A DNA stretch of 48,840 nt from Octopus sinensis (GCF_006345805.1 NW_021834428.1:1-48840); one strand, 5' to 3'; shown: positions 1 through 12,283, counted from the first letter of the stretch. A program made the numbers and translations. The notes: generated by a model not told the origin, from the letters alone.

Positions 1-1135
1 GTCTGTTTATACTGGTAATGGAAGCAGCTATGTTTTTTTAGTGCAACTGCAGCTTACCTTAACTCTAATTTTATAAATCACCTCATGATATCTAAGGCAT
101 ATGAGGAATGCTTGTTTATTAGTGTATGGCCATTTAAACTACATAGAGGATTATACCATATAGTATTTTGTTTCTTATTCTTGCGGGTATTTGAAGTGTT
201 GGTGCTCTTCTATATATAGCCTATCAATCTAGTTTTCAAGGCACTACCTTTTAATACATCATTGTATTGGTTAAAGGATTCTTAGTTAAAAGATCAACTG
301 GATAATTGCTTACTAATATTCTTAACTGGTTTTCTTTGAATTAGTAGTGGATGGCTGGAATATATACTAATGTACTGATTTTTCATGTTACGTTTACTGC
401 GGGGCCTGTAATATCCAAGTATTTAAATGCAGAGTTATAGCGAAGAAGATATATATACATAAATTCGTATTTACTTTGATCTTTAGATTTAAATCTGTTA
501 ATACGTTGATAAAACTCCTTCCCATCACCGTCCATTAGGAGGCTGTTTCTTGCTCAGTGGAACAGTTTACGATCACGATGAGGATCAAATACTGCATAGC
601 AAAACATCTTCCGAAGTAGTCTTATCAATTCAAAAACCTCATTCAATCTTACATCAAACATCAATGGCTACATCAAACAAGCCCTGGCCATTACGTTTAA
701 CAACAACGACGACGACGACGATGATAATAATAATAAATTATCGTAAAATAACAAAGATTTGCTTGTGTGAATAATAATAATAATAATAATAATAATAGCG
801 CTGAACTATTAAATGTAATAAAATCTCTACCGAATTCTAAAAAGTTTTCAAGAAGGGGTTTAGTTACTGTTCTATAGAATTCAACTATATCGAACAGCAG
901 GAATTTATAAATTTGCTTATTATATATATCGATTATCACGTTCAAAGATACAAATGTCTTTGAAATTGATACTGATGAACTGTATTTCCATAGCAGAAGA
1001 AAAGTGTTCTGGTAATGTAAAAAATGGTGGAATCTAAAATATTTTAATTAAATCTAACTCACGTTTATCCGGACTTGTTGATTTACTATTGGGGCTGCCA
1101 GGAAAATTATACGTCGGATTTCTGGTTTAAGCATA
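1..1135 (-). mobile_element. Decayed Penelope-like element, reverse transcriptase/thumb region (many stops and frameshifts, interrupted by microsatellites)
   Basis: Minus-strand translation gives PLE-RT-like motifs in the expected order: NFPGSPNSKSTSPDKREL (~1060-1115), YKFLLFDIVEFY (FDIVEFY at 874-894), SSHP, IWYNPL, VKVSCSC..NIA near the left window edge. Confidence 0.7.
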
Positions 1136-1154
1136 TAACCTCTCATTTTACATT

Positions 1155-1250
1155 AGGCTTTGGTCGGCCCGAGGCTATAGTAGAAGACACTTGCCCAAGG
1201 TGTCACGTGGTACGTTAGCGAGCTACTTACCACACAGCCACGCCTACGCC
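1155..1250 (-). mobile_element. SINE family A, internally deleted 5' part
   Basis: Reverse complement of GGCGTAGGCGTGGCTGTGTGGTAAGTAGC...CCTTGGGCAAGTGTCTTCTACTATAGCCTCGGGCCGACCAAAGCC, shared with many copies in the window. Confidence 0.85.
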
Positions 1251-1265
1251 TAAAAAATGTGTGAC

Positions 1266-1380
1266 GCTTACAGCACCTAGGTTTCCCAAGCGGTCACCCA
1301 TCTAAGTACTAACTAACTAGACTTGATGTTGCTTAACTTCGGTGATCGGACGAGAACCGGTGCTTTCAACGTGATATAGC
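1266..1380 (-). rRNA. 5S rRNA variant/pseudogene
   Basis: Reverse complement reads GCTATATCACGTTGAAAGCACCGGTTCTCGTCCGATCACCGAAGTTAAGCAACATC...TTAGTACTTAGATGGGTGACCGCTTGGGAAACCTAGGTGCTGTAAGC, i.e. metazoan 5S rRNA with a diverged 5' end and a 4-bp TTAG duplication. Confidence 0.9.
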
Positions 1381-1410
1381 TTCGGCACCATCTCATATAT
1401 TCCTGTATAT

Positions 1411-2010
1411 ATATTTCTTTACTACCCACAAGGGGCTAGACACAGAGGGGACAAACAAGGACAGACAAACGGATCAAGTCGCTTACACCGGCCCCAGTGC
1501 GTAACTGGTACCTAATTTATCGACCCCGAAAGGATGAAAGGCAAAGTCGACCTCGGCGGAATTTGAACTCAGAATGTAGCGGCAGACGAAATACCTATTT
1601 CTTTACTGCCCACAAGGGGCTAAACATAGAAGGGACAAACAAGGACAGACAAAGGGATTAAGTCGATTATATCGACCCCAGTGCGAAACTGGTACTTTAT
1701 TTATCGACCCCGAAAGGATGAAAGGCAAAGTCGACCTCGGCGGAATTTGAACTCAGAATGTAACGGCAGACGAAATACCTATTTCTTTACTACCCACAAG
1801 GGGCTAAACACAGAGGGGACAAACAAGGACAGACAAAGGGATAAAGTCGATTACATCGACCCCAGTGCGAAACTGGTACTTTATTTATCGACCCCGAAAG
1901 GATGAAAGGCAAAGTCGACCTCAGCGGAATTTGAACTCAGAACGTAGCGACAGACGAAATACGGTGACGCATTTCGCCCGGCGTGCTGACGTTTCTGCCA
2001 GCTCGCCGCC
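1411..2010 (-). mobile_element. SINE family B tandem array: one tRNA-like head plus three ~184-bp bodies
   Basis: Head GGCGGCGAGCTGGCAGAAACG at 2010; B-box GAGTTCAAATTCC; identical tail-to-body junctions at 1594 and 1778; CCTGTATATA on both flanks. Confidence 0.9.
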
Positions 2011-2368
2011 TACATGCCTGTATATAACCTATCACTGTAAAGTCTCTCAAACCATTTCCAGTGATACAGTTATATTAGAATTAGATTTAAATCAAGAGCG
2101 AAACGTGTAATATAATGGCTAAATCCATGTAATTCCTTAGCTTTACTGCAAAACCCAACACGATATTACAGTCATCCAGTATTGCTTTGTCAATTATTAA
2201 AACACCATTACGTGTTTGCCATGGAAAACGATATCGGGTTTGGTTGCGTGTAAGCTGCAAATACATCTGCATGTGTAACAAAAACGTTCGTGGGAATGCT
2301 TGTTCGGCCATTTCCTAAGACACTCTATAAGCGATCCAGAATGATTGGAATGTGGCTGCTTGGTGTGT

Positions 2369-2420
<52 letters not shown>

Positions 2421-2423
<3 letters not shown>

Positions 2424-2710
2424 GAGGCGCAATGGCCCAGTGGTTAGGGCAGCAGACTCGCGGTCGTAGGATCGCGGTTTCGATTCCCAGGCCGGGTGTT
2501 GTGAGTGTTTATTGAGCGAAAACACCTAAAGCTCCACGAGGCTCCGGCAGTGGGTGGTGGCGATCCCTGCTGTACTCTTTCGCCACAACTTCCTCTCACT
2601 CTTTCAGCGGAGTGGCGTCATTTGAAGGCTAAAACAATGCGAAGCGCATTGTGACCAGCGATGTGTAGCAACATCTGATAGCCTGGTCGGTCATGGTAAT
2701 CACGTGAGAT
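2421..2710 (+). mobile_element. SINE family C (tRNA-Arg-like head)
   Basis: GTGGAGGCGCAATGGCCCAGTGGTTAGGGCAGCAGACTCGCGGTC...GGTTTCGATTCCC A/B-box head; body shared with 3347 and 40470. Confidence 0.9.
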
Positions 2711-2904
2711 ATATATATATAGCTATTAATTCTGTGGAATTACTACTACAGCATAATGTGGTCAATTCTTTACATGGAATGCAGTGAGAAAAGCAACATG
2801 TTTACTGCCTATAATGTTGTAATATAAGGCTTGTTTCAATTGACAAAACCACCAGCTCCACAAAAAATTCTTGACGGTGTGTCAGTGTTAGTTCACAATC
2901 AAGT

Positions 2905-3250
2905 CCGACATATGAATTCAAATCAGGACAATCATTCACCACAGGCAACGTCATTTCGCCTGTGCATCGAAAAATTTACTTCAAGTTATCAAATGTGGTA
3001 GGTGACTGAAGACTACATAGAGCAAACAGATATAACTCTGAGGGAGCGGATGACAGTACACCAACAGACTCGAGACCCCAGCACAAGAAAAATATCTGCG
3101 GGTAAACACCCATATCTTTGTCCAACAAAGAAACATCCCAAATATCAAATTTTATCTTTATATCCATGCCCCAGGAACAATTCAGCCCAATTCCGATTAA
3201 ATAAGGAAAAATATACTGAGAACTATAAATCAAAACTAAAAACTCTATAA
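2905..3250 (+). mobile_element. Penelope-like GIY-YIG endonuclease fragment (decayed)
   Basis: ACASKNLLQVIKCG followed by DYIEQTDITLRERMTVHQQ resembles the C..S.N.IY.I.C..C..YIGQT...LR.R...H GIY-YIG motif of PLEs. Confidence 0.75.
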
Positions 3251-3346
3251 CACAACAGTGTGAGAAATCCTACGAGATTCGAAATCTTAACTTCAACTTA
3301 CTATATAATTATACTTTACATTTTTTCAGCGTTATTGGCTGGCATC

Positions 3347-3623
3347 GTGGAGGCGCAATGGCCCAGTGCCGGATTCACGGTCGTAGGATCGCGGTTTCCA
3401 TTCCCAGACCGGGCGTTGTGAGTGTTTATTGCGCGAAAACATCTAAAGCTCCACGATGCTCCAGCAGGGGGGGGTGATCCCTGCTGTACTCTTTCGCCAC
3501 AACTTTCTCTCACTCTTTCTTCTGTTGGCCTGCTCGCTTAGCCAGCGGGGTGGCGTCATTTGGAGGCTAAAACAATGCGAAGCGCATTGTGACCAGCGAT
3601 GTGTAATCACGGTAATCACGGTG
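3347..3623 (+). mobile_element. SINE family C with internal deletions and 13-bp TSD
   Basis: ATTGGCTGGCATC at 3334-3346 and 3624-3636 flanks the copy. Confidence 0.92.
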
Positions 3624-3934
3624 ATTGGCTGGCATCACTCGAGGATTGAACAACTGGATCTTAAATTTGGTCACAACCGGACCCTCGGGGGGAAAAATGG
3701 AAATACCCAAATTATGTTTTTAAACAGTTAGCTGACTGCGCATCAGTTGTGATGATGTCATTTGATTAAGTTATCATTATGTTATTAAAAGTTTTTCACG
3801 TGACAGCTTTGATTTTAACCAATCACGGACTATTTTTGTTTCTAACACTTCATTGGCTACTTTCGATTTGTCGGTTTCTATATCAACTTTTGGCGATTTA
3901 TGTTATAATTGTTGTTAAGGCTTGTCAGACCGCC

Positions 3935-4200
3935 TTATGGTCTGACAAAATAAAAATAGCGTGGCCCTGGAGGATGACGTTGGCGATCCGCTGGAACAGC
4001 CACTCTGACTTACTAAACTCGCACTTGCGGATAGCCATCTCCGCCCCGTTAGTGGTAAGTAGGGAGATGGTCCAGGGGCCGAGAACACCGGAGTTCTCCA
4101 CTGCCACTGTCTCACCATAAACTTGTCAGAGAGCGACCGATACTTTGACAGTTTCCCCTTCTCGGTCTGATGAGAAGCGGGCCTTGGGACGATACTTTGC
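3935..4200 (-). mobile_element. CRE-like non-LTR retrotransposon, C-terminal restriction-like endonuclease fragment
   Basis: Two frames join to EKGKLSKYRSLSDKF..AVENSGVLGP...SEWLFQRIANVILQGHA, matching the K..KY..L...AVET.G..G...WLFQR.S..IQRGNA pattern of CRE-clade RLE ends. Confidence 0.65.
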
Positions 4201-4468
4201 AAACTATCAAACTTTCAATCATCTGTTAATCAATTCTAATTACTGTGAAATTTATTCAGTATTTGAATTTGCATGAACATTTGATGTTTTTGAGCACGTT
4301 TATTCCTGTGCATTCACTTTCTTTCAATTTTTTATTTTGTCTTTATTTACCATTGAAAAAAAAAACAAATTGTTGAAACCGGTATGGTATTTTAAGAAAT
4401 CTTCTTCAAAATTTGACAACTGCAATTTGTTTTAAGACACAGCCGTATTTTAAACTCAAATTCTCAAA

Positions 4469-4528
4469 TACACACACATATATATATATATATATTACAC
4501 ATACATATTATATATATATATATAATAT

Positions 4529-4594
<66 letters not shown>

Positions 4595-4680
4595 TACACA
4601 TACATATTATATATATTATGTATCTATATACACATATATACATATTATATATGTATATGTGCGCGTGTATGTGTGTGTTA
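4469..4680. repeat. (TA)n/(CA)n compound microsatellite
   Basis: Direct inspection. Confidence 0.95.
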
Positions 4681-4939
4681 ACAAGTTCCATTATCACTCT
4701 GGTTGCAGCGTTGTTGTTGTTGTTGTTGTTATCGTTACTGTTATTGTTATCGTTATGGCGGCGGTGGCAGCAGAGCGACAAACATAAAGAGCTGATATCG
4801 TATTCTCCACACGAGAAACCCGATATTAGCCGATGTGTTTCCATGACAACCAAGTAATTAATGATTAACACAATAGTTGCTTGCAATGGTACTGCCTCCG
4901 CCTACGTTGTCACACCTGACACTTCATCCATTTCCAAAA

Positions 4940-6005
4940 CCACCACCCTACACCTACCAAGACTACACCTACCACCACCTTCACCACCACCACCATCGCC
5001 GTCACCTATACCACCATTGACATCACCATCACCACAGCATCTCTCCCAACCCTAAACCTAACCCTTACTTAACACCACCAGAACCACTACCACCATCACC
5101 AACACCATCACCAACACCATCACCTCCACCACTACTACTACCACCACCACCACCACCACCACCACCACCACCACTACCACCACCGCTACTACTACTACCA
5201 CCATCATCACTACCACCACCACCACCACCAACACCACCACCATCACTACCACCACCACCATCACTACCACCACAACCACCACAACCACCACCACCACCAC
5301 CACCATCTTATCAACCAACTCTAACACTAAAATTAATCTACTGTTACCACTACCACCGCATCCAACATCACTAACACCACGACCACAACCACTACTCTCA
5401 TGAACACCGTCACCACCGCCGCCACCATTAACACCATTACTGCCGCCGCCATCACCACCATCGCTATCATCACCACAGTTAAGCTTTTATTACAACCAAA
5501 ACTACCATGACTGACACCACCACCAACAACAACTTCAACAGTAATACCAACGTCATGAATCTGTTATTACCATCACCATTACACCTACCATCATCACCAC
5601 CACTACAATCACCTATAACACCACTACCACTACCATCATCACCATCGCCATCACCATCCTCTACCACAACCACCATCATATTCATCATCATCATCACCAC
5701 CATTATCATTACAATCACCATACGCACCACCACCACCATCGTCACCATCGCCATCACCTCTACCACCACCACCACCACCACCACCACCATCATCGTCACC
5801 ATCACTACCATCACTACCATCACCACTATCACCACCAACACTATCACTACAATCGCCATCCCCACCACCACCACCACCATCATCATCACCATCACCATGA
5901 TCACTATAACCGTCACCACCACCAACACCACTGCTATCAACAGTATCACCATCACCAGCATCACTAGCATCACCATCTCAGCCACCACTCCCACCATCAC
6001 CGCAA
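4940..6005. repeat. Degenerate (ACC/ATC/ACT)n trinucleotide low-complexity tract
   Basis: Source of the poly-T/I/V ORFs 5058-5327, 5479-6012 and 5507-6049. Confidence 0.95.
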
Positions 6006-6269
6006 CGAACACGTCATTCAGATCAAACTGGCCAAGAATGAGAACATGACGTGGACATACGATCGGTTAGAAATAGAAGCGATATATATTGCTCAAATTA
6101 TTTTGCCCTTCCGATATAGAAGGCGAAGGACACATTAATTAATCTGGACGTAAATGCACTGCGTAAATAAAATATGCGATGGTGACTTTGATTGCATTGC
6201 TACAGGATCAGAATTGACCGAGGGTTAAACAACAACAACATCGAGAACATGGCACATACCGTATGGTGT

Positions 6270-6281
6270 GTGAGTGTGTAT

Positions 6282-6332
<51 letters not shown>

Positions 6333-6399
6333 TTGCACAATATATACATACACATGCAGATACACACAAGCGCGGATTGACGGACACACATATACAAAC

Positions 6400-6442
<43 letters not shown>

Positions 6443-6539
6443 TGTTACATACATTGAATGCATTATATTTTTGTGTATGTATATGTGTGTGTATCTGTGT
6501 CTGTGTACATACATATGTATGTATATGCATGCACGTAAG

Positions 6540-6590
<51 letters not shown>

Positions 6591-6753
6591 GTATATATAC
6601 ATTCATATATACATACATATATGTGTTATATATATATATATAACACATATATATACATACATACATGTTATATATATATATAGATATATTATACTAATAC
6701 ATCTGTTGTTTTGTACACCACCTGCCTTCGTCTTTTGTTTTTTTCGTAACTCT

Positions 6754-6833
<80 letters not shown>

Positions 6834-6841
6834 GTATATAT
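6270..6841. repeat. (GT)n/(TA)n compound microsatellite block
   Basis: Direct inspection. Confidence 0.95.
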
Positions 6842-7101
6842 ACTCAGAACGTAATGGCAGACGAAATACCTATTTCTTTACTACCCACAATGAGCTAAAC
6901 ACAGAGAAGACAAACAAGGACAGACAAAGGGATTAAGTCGATTATATCGACCCCAGTGCGTAACGGGTACTTAATTTATCGACCCCGAAAGAATGAAAGG
7001 CAAAGTCGACCTCGGCGGAATTTGAACTCAGAACGTAACGGCAGACGAAATACCGCTAAACATTTCGCCCGGCGTGCTAACGTTTCTGCCAGCTCGCCGC
7101 C
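6842..7101 (-). mobile_element. SINE family B (head, one body and part of a second)
   Basis: Head ends at 7101; standard junction at 6869; followed by a remnant of a family A head (CTTACCACACAGCCACGCC). Confidence 0.9.
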
Positions 7102-7207
7102 TTCTTACCACACAGCCACGCCTGCATCTATGTAAGATATCAATATGTGTCAATGTATTTCCTTTCTATATCTCTTGTTATAAATCGTGATTAACTGCCT
7201 ATAAATG

Positions 7208-7238
7208 CACTAACAATACGTCTTTTCTTATTTTGCAG
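7208..7238 (+). promoter_or_regulatory. Candidate 3' splice site (branch point, pyrimidine tract, CAG)
   Basis: CACTAAC at 7208-7214, then TCTTTTCTTATTTTGCAG ending at 7238, followed by non-repetitive sequence. Confidence 0.5.
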
Positions 7239-9835
7239 ACGACATTCCTCTGAGGACAACCACACTCCACTTCTCCATAACCAACTGCTGCCACCAAATC
7301 CAATTCCAGCTCTTTAACAGCACTATGTATGTCCGAATTACACACCAGCTCAAAATGGACAATTCCCAATCTATCCTCCAGATAAATCTACGTCGAGTCT
7401 ATTTCCCGATAATCGTAAATGTTGCCGGGTTGTCTAGAATGGAACAGAATGAAATCAATAGACACGAGGTCATTTAACTCCGACGTCTTTCTAGTTGCCT
7501 TCATTTTTCTCTGGTAGTGAATGACTCACCATACCGACCACCGAACATTGCGACAACTTCGGGATAGATCGGTGTTGCCAAAATTAACCTTGATTATGAT
7601 GAATGCCTACTTGATTAATATTTAATTGATCGATTGACTGCGTGATGATCATAACGATGATGATGATGATGACGATGATCAAGCTATCATTTGGCTTACA
7701 CCTAGTGGTTGATTAAGCCGTGAGTTATCTCCAGCCTCGATGTGGTACGGCTGACGAGGGGATCGTCTGCTTCTACGATAAGCCTACACTGTGTGCTGCT
7801 ACGTGAAAGATTTTGATGGAAAATTGCAACTGAACGGCAGAGTAACATTTTTCGAGCAAAACCACTGTTTTTTTCTTTTCTCTTCTCCATCAATCAGTGC
7901 AACTGTGACCATCAGTTTTCAATCCAAAGCGCAACAGTGTGTTTTTCGATCAAACAGACACGGTTTTTATGAACTGGATTCTCACCGGAAGTGTCTAGTT
8001 ACAACTCTTGTCCGAATTCACACTTATGACTCATGAATGCGTTTGGAACATTGGAACATTGTCAAATTGAATTTTTAGAACAAATTTAAAAGGGTGTTTA
8101 CATACAAAAGCAAAAACTGGTGGGTTTCCATATCATTGAACTATAACGCTTTTGATGCACGTAATATATGTACATAATATATGTACATAATATATGTACA
8201 TAAACACATATTCACGCTCGCACGCACAGACACACACGATCGGTTGCTCGGACATGATGTTTAAATTTGAATGAGTTGGACCTCAATTGATTTATCAAGC
8301 ACAGTCATATCTTCCTAAAAGTTGTATATTGGCTTAAAAGCGCTATCAGACTTAAAGGTGTTATCAACCAGAGCCGGCATACAGATTTCTGCCTTGAAAA
8401 GAAAGCACACGTACACACAGTCACACTCCCACACACATACATACAGTGAAAGAGAGAGAGCGAAAGAATGAAAAGGTGAGAGAGATGGAGAGGGAGAGAT
8501 ACAAATAGAAAGGAAGAGGTTAACCAATCAAACAGACGATAAACGAGTGCCAGAAAAACAAAAGAGAAAGTAAGCCACAACATAATTCTATCGCAATTCT
8601 ATCACAGACCGTCACAAGGAAATTTTTAACAGAATTTTCCGATGGCCATAAACAGTAAAAAATCCATTCAAAAGTTAAACCTTAATCTATAGCCATACTC
8701 TTTCCAATAAGTATTTTAACTTACTCTTTTTCTTTCAAGCTTTAACTGAAATATATATTTTTCGACGTCTTATTTTCATAAACGACAATCGCAAATATAT
8801 CTTGATAAGCAGCCATGTTTTCAATAACTAAGACTCTGTCCCAATCTATTAAAGATTTAAATATATAGAACTTCCTTTTTAATCTCATCGCTACTTAATC
8901 TTAATCTGAGACAACCAAAAACACCAGAATCGTATTACCTCGTTCAGATTATCTATACGTGATTTTGGAGCGATTAGAAATGTCTTCTTCATTGAAGACA
9001 TGTTAAATGTACGTCAATACGTATCTACATTTTATAAATATTTGCCAAACCAAACCAGACGACATAATCAACAAAGTGCATCACGATGAAACATATTTGT
9101 GTGTAGTTACACAGTAATTTACTTAAAACATCCAAGCATTTATCCATTTACCCATAAACACACACGCACGAACACACACACACACATTTGACTACATGTT
9201 TGATATTCATACACATACATTTATATTCATATATGTATATAGAAACGCGCGCACATCTCTTTGCCTATGTGCGTATGCGTCAAGCTGCCGGAAGTTTAGA
9301 GCTCGCCATTACGCGATAAAAATGTGAGACTTTTCAACATGTTCTTCGTTTTTGTGCCATATGTCCAACCCCTCACCAGCTCGATACTTCGATCTATAGA
9401 AAAGTAATCAATTTTTATATCAGTAATATCGTATATGTACATACATACTTGAGAACGGAAAAACAAAATCATGAACAGTCAGAGAGGTTAGCTATCCAAA
9501 CGACAATCTGGAAAGGCTCGGATTTGGCAGCAAACAGACCGACCAGCACGTACGTTACAAATACAATCTATAAGTGGAACAGTGTAAATATATAAGATTT
9601 TACAAAGTTCAATATGTAACTATTATTGTTGTTATACAAATTGTAGCAATGAAACTTCTGTTTCTTTGTCAGAAACAAGTTCTTGGCTTCTGGAGGAATT
9701 CTAAGAAATAAAAAAAAAAGTGAAAGCATAAATACATGCGTACACACACACATACATAAATACATATATTCATTTATATATGCATATACACTACACACCA
9801 CAAAATATCTCACATTTGTTCTATTTTCGTCCATT

Positions 9836-9836
9836 A

Positions 9837-9887
<51 letters not shown>

Positions 9888-9908
9888 ATATCTATCTATC
9901 TATCTATA

Positions 9909-9985
<77 letters not shown>
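9836..9985. repeat. (TATC)n microsatellite
   Basis: Direct inspection. Confidence 0.95.
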
Positions 9986-10543
9986 CTTTATACACACACA
10001 CACACATATATATACATATATACATACATACATAGAAAATTTGTGATTTTTGAGGTGCATATATATATATATATATACGCACACGTTGTTCAGTGTAAAC
10101 GTACCTCTTGTACACAATTAATTCTAAGCTTTGGTGGTTTATATAGAACCTCTCTGCGTGTCTGTGTGCGTGTTTGTTTGCTTGTGCACGCGTGTGTGCG
10201 TGCGTGCGTGTGCATGTGTGCGCATGCTTAAGCGTGCGTGTGAGTGTGCAGGTGTGCACGTATCTTACTCTCTATGTAGTCAGCTAGTTAAAAAAAGAAC
10301 GGGGGTTTGTTTAACAGAACGCTCGTGATCCCTTAAGATGAAAGGCTGATTCAAAACCTCAAGTTCGTAGAACACACGCATACACAGATATACGCAAACG
10401 CACTCATACACAAACACATACACTCCCGTGCGAATACACACATACACACACAGGTACACGCAAAGTTGTAAAGCCGTGTATCAACCGACACAGCAGATAT
10501 GAATGTCTGAGACCCTCAATTTTGTTGCTTTTGAACCGTGGCG

Positions 10544-11656
10544 ATGGAAATGAATTTCACAACAGTAGCGCCACAGACCGTGTCTTTCCACAATGGCAGC
10601 TACAATGAAACCCCGTTAGATTTCATGGAGACACGCATCGCTAGATTCATCAACCTCTACTACCCGCCTTTCCTTGTCCTCTTTGGTACAGTTTGTAACA
10701 TTCTTGTCGTAATTGTGATGACAAGTCGTTATTTCTCTTCCGTTTCCACCGCCATATACATGTTAGCCGGAGCTCTGGGAGACGTTCTTTGTTTCCTCAT
10801 AGCTTTGCCTGCTCACTGGGTTTATGTCAACTTCCCACATGCCGTCGAACGTACAGACGACGCACATTACATGTGTAAGTTTTTCAATTTCTTTGGCTGG
10901 GGAAGCAGTGACTTCGGGATTATTCTCACAGCAGCCATGGCGGCAGATAGAGCAATCGCCATTTTGTTTCCGTTCAAAGCTAATAGACTGTGTACGCCAC
11001 GACGCGCAAAGTCTGTAGTTATTGGATTACTTGTCGGCGTCAGTATCAAGGAGTCACACTTTCTGTTTGTGTCAGACATCGTGCCCGAATTCCGCAACGA
11101 CCGCTTGTGCACGGTCACGGAACCAAACGAGATTTACAGGTGGTTTTGGCGAGATATTTGGCCGTGGGTTCACACTGTCTTCCTTCTTATCTCCTTCATC
11201 ATCATCATCATGAGCAACATCGTCATTATATTTTACTACCGGAAATCAAAACGACTTCCGGTCAATCGTGAGATCCGAGGAGTATGCGAGAACTCTCGTA
11301 CGCGTCAAATCAGTACCATGCTACTGGTAGAATCGTTTGCCATAATCCTGCTCACGTTTCCATTTTGTATGCACACAGCGTTCACATCCCACAGACAATA
11401 CAACTTGGAAAGTCCGAGGGAGAAAGCCGAAAACCTGTTGCTCTTCTCCGTTGTCTTCTATCTTCTCTACACCAACAAATGTGCCACCTTCTGTCTCTAT
11501 TGCATCACGGGTTCGAGATTCAGGTATGCCCTCTGTGACATCTTTTGCCACGGACGGTTCACCCGGCGTACAGACAAGATACAGAGGGGGAAATGCTTAT
11601 CACACTCGCATTTCTCCATGAACCACATGGCCGTACACCTACACAACCCACCCTAA
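10544..11656 (+). CDS. Intronless class A (rhodopsin-like) GPCR, FMRFamide/sex-peptide-receptor-like orphan peptide-receptor type, 370 aa
   Basis: Uninterrupted ORF with ATG in a strong context (GCGATGG); N-terminal N-glycosylation sequons NFT, NGS, NET; seven hydrophobic segments; TM1 GTVCNILV, TM2 ALGD, TM3 MCKF...AADRAIAI, ECL2 Cys (RLCTV), TM6 LTFP, TM7 YTNKCATFCLYCITGSRFR. Confidence 0.93.
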   Translation: MEMNFTTVAPQTVSFHNGSYNETPLDFMETRIARFINLYYPPFLVLFGTVCNILVVIVMTSRYFSSVSTAIYMLAGALGDVLCFLIALPAHWVYVNFPHAVERTDDAHYMCKFFNFFGWGSSDFGIILTAAMAADRAIAILFPFKANRLCTPRRAKSVVIGLLVGVSIKESHFLFVSDIVPEFRNDRLCTVTEPNEIYRWFWRDIWPWVHTVFLLISFIIIIMSNIVIIFYYRKSKRLPVNREIRGVCENSRTRQISTMLLVESFAIILLTFPFCMHTAFTSHRQYNLESPREKAENLLLFSVVFYLLYTNKCATFCLYCITGSRFRYALCDIFCHGRFTRRTDKIQRGKCLSHSHFSMNHMAVHLHNPP

Positions 11657-11749
11657 TCCACCTTACATCGCTTGAAGCAGTGTGTGAGTCAGAGGTAGTT
11701 TTTTTTAGAGCTATGACCACCATATTGATACAGCATACTCCTAAAACAT

Positions 11750-11838
11750 ATCAACGTCGTCGTCGTCGTCATAGTTGCCAATATAACCACGGCGACGATG
11801 ACCACCGTCACCACCATCACAACCACTGTCATCATCAG

Positions 11839-11870
<32 letters not shown>

Positions 11871-12040
11871 CCATCACCACCAGCACCACCACCATCATCA
11901 TCGTCGTCGTTATCGTCGTCGTCTTCGACATTATTATCATCAGAATAATCATCACTAGAAACACCGCAGCCGCCACCATCTTCATTACTGTCATCATCAC
12001 CATCATCGTTGCCATCATTATCGTCGTTGTCGTTTTCGTT
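11750..12040. repeat. (CAT/CGT/CAC)n trinucleotide tract in the probable GPCR 3' UTR
   Basis: Direct inspection; starts ~95 nt after the stop codon. Confidence 0.9.
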
Positions 12041-12051
12041 GCCCCCATTTA

Positions 12052-12057
12052 AATAAA
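12052..12057 (+). terminator. Candidate polyadenylation signal AATAAA for the GPCR
   Basis: AATAAA ~400 nt downstream of the stop, immediately after the CAT tract; inference only. Confidence 0.4.
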
Positions 12058-12092
12058 GGTTCCAAACTGTTGATGTCGCTTCTAATTGTTGA

Positions 12093-12151
<59 letters not shown>

Positions 12152-12155
<4 letters not shown>

Positions 12156-12283
12156 AAGTACAAGACCAAATATATGACACCCTAGGCATAACACAAACAT
12201 GAACTTCTAACTTGTTCTCTCTTGAGGTCTCTGGGTGAGACTTGGAGCCTGCTTGTGCAAATGTAGAGCAAAAGTCAAACATA
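12152..12283 (+). mobile_element. Probable 3' end of an R4/Dong-like LINE embedded in (TAA)n/(TAC)n
   Basis: Short ORF end (KVQDQIYDTLGI*) then a GAGGTCTCTGGGTGAGACTTGG 3'-UTR-like motif, bounded by TAA and TAC repeats. Confidence 0.45.

Noticed and set aside
10824-11551. Alternative-frame and antisense ORFs overlapping the GPCR
   Set aside because: Short shadow ORFs expected from a GC-richer coding region.
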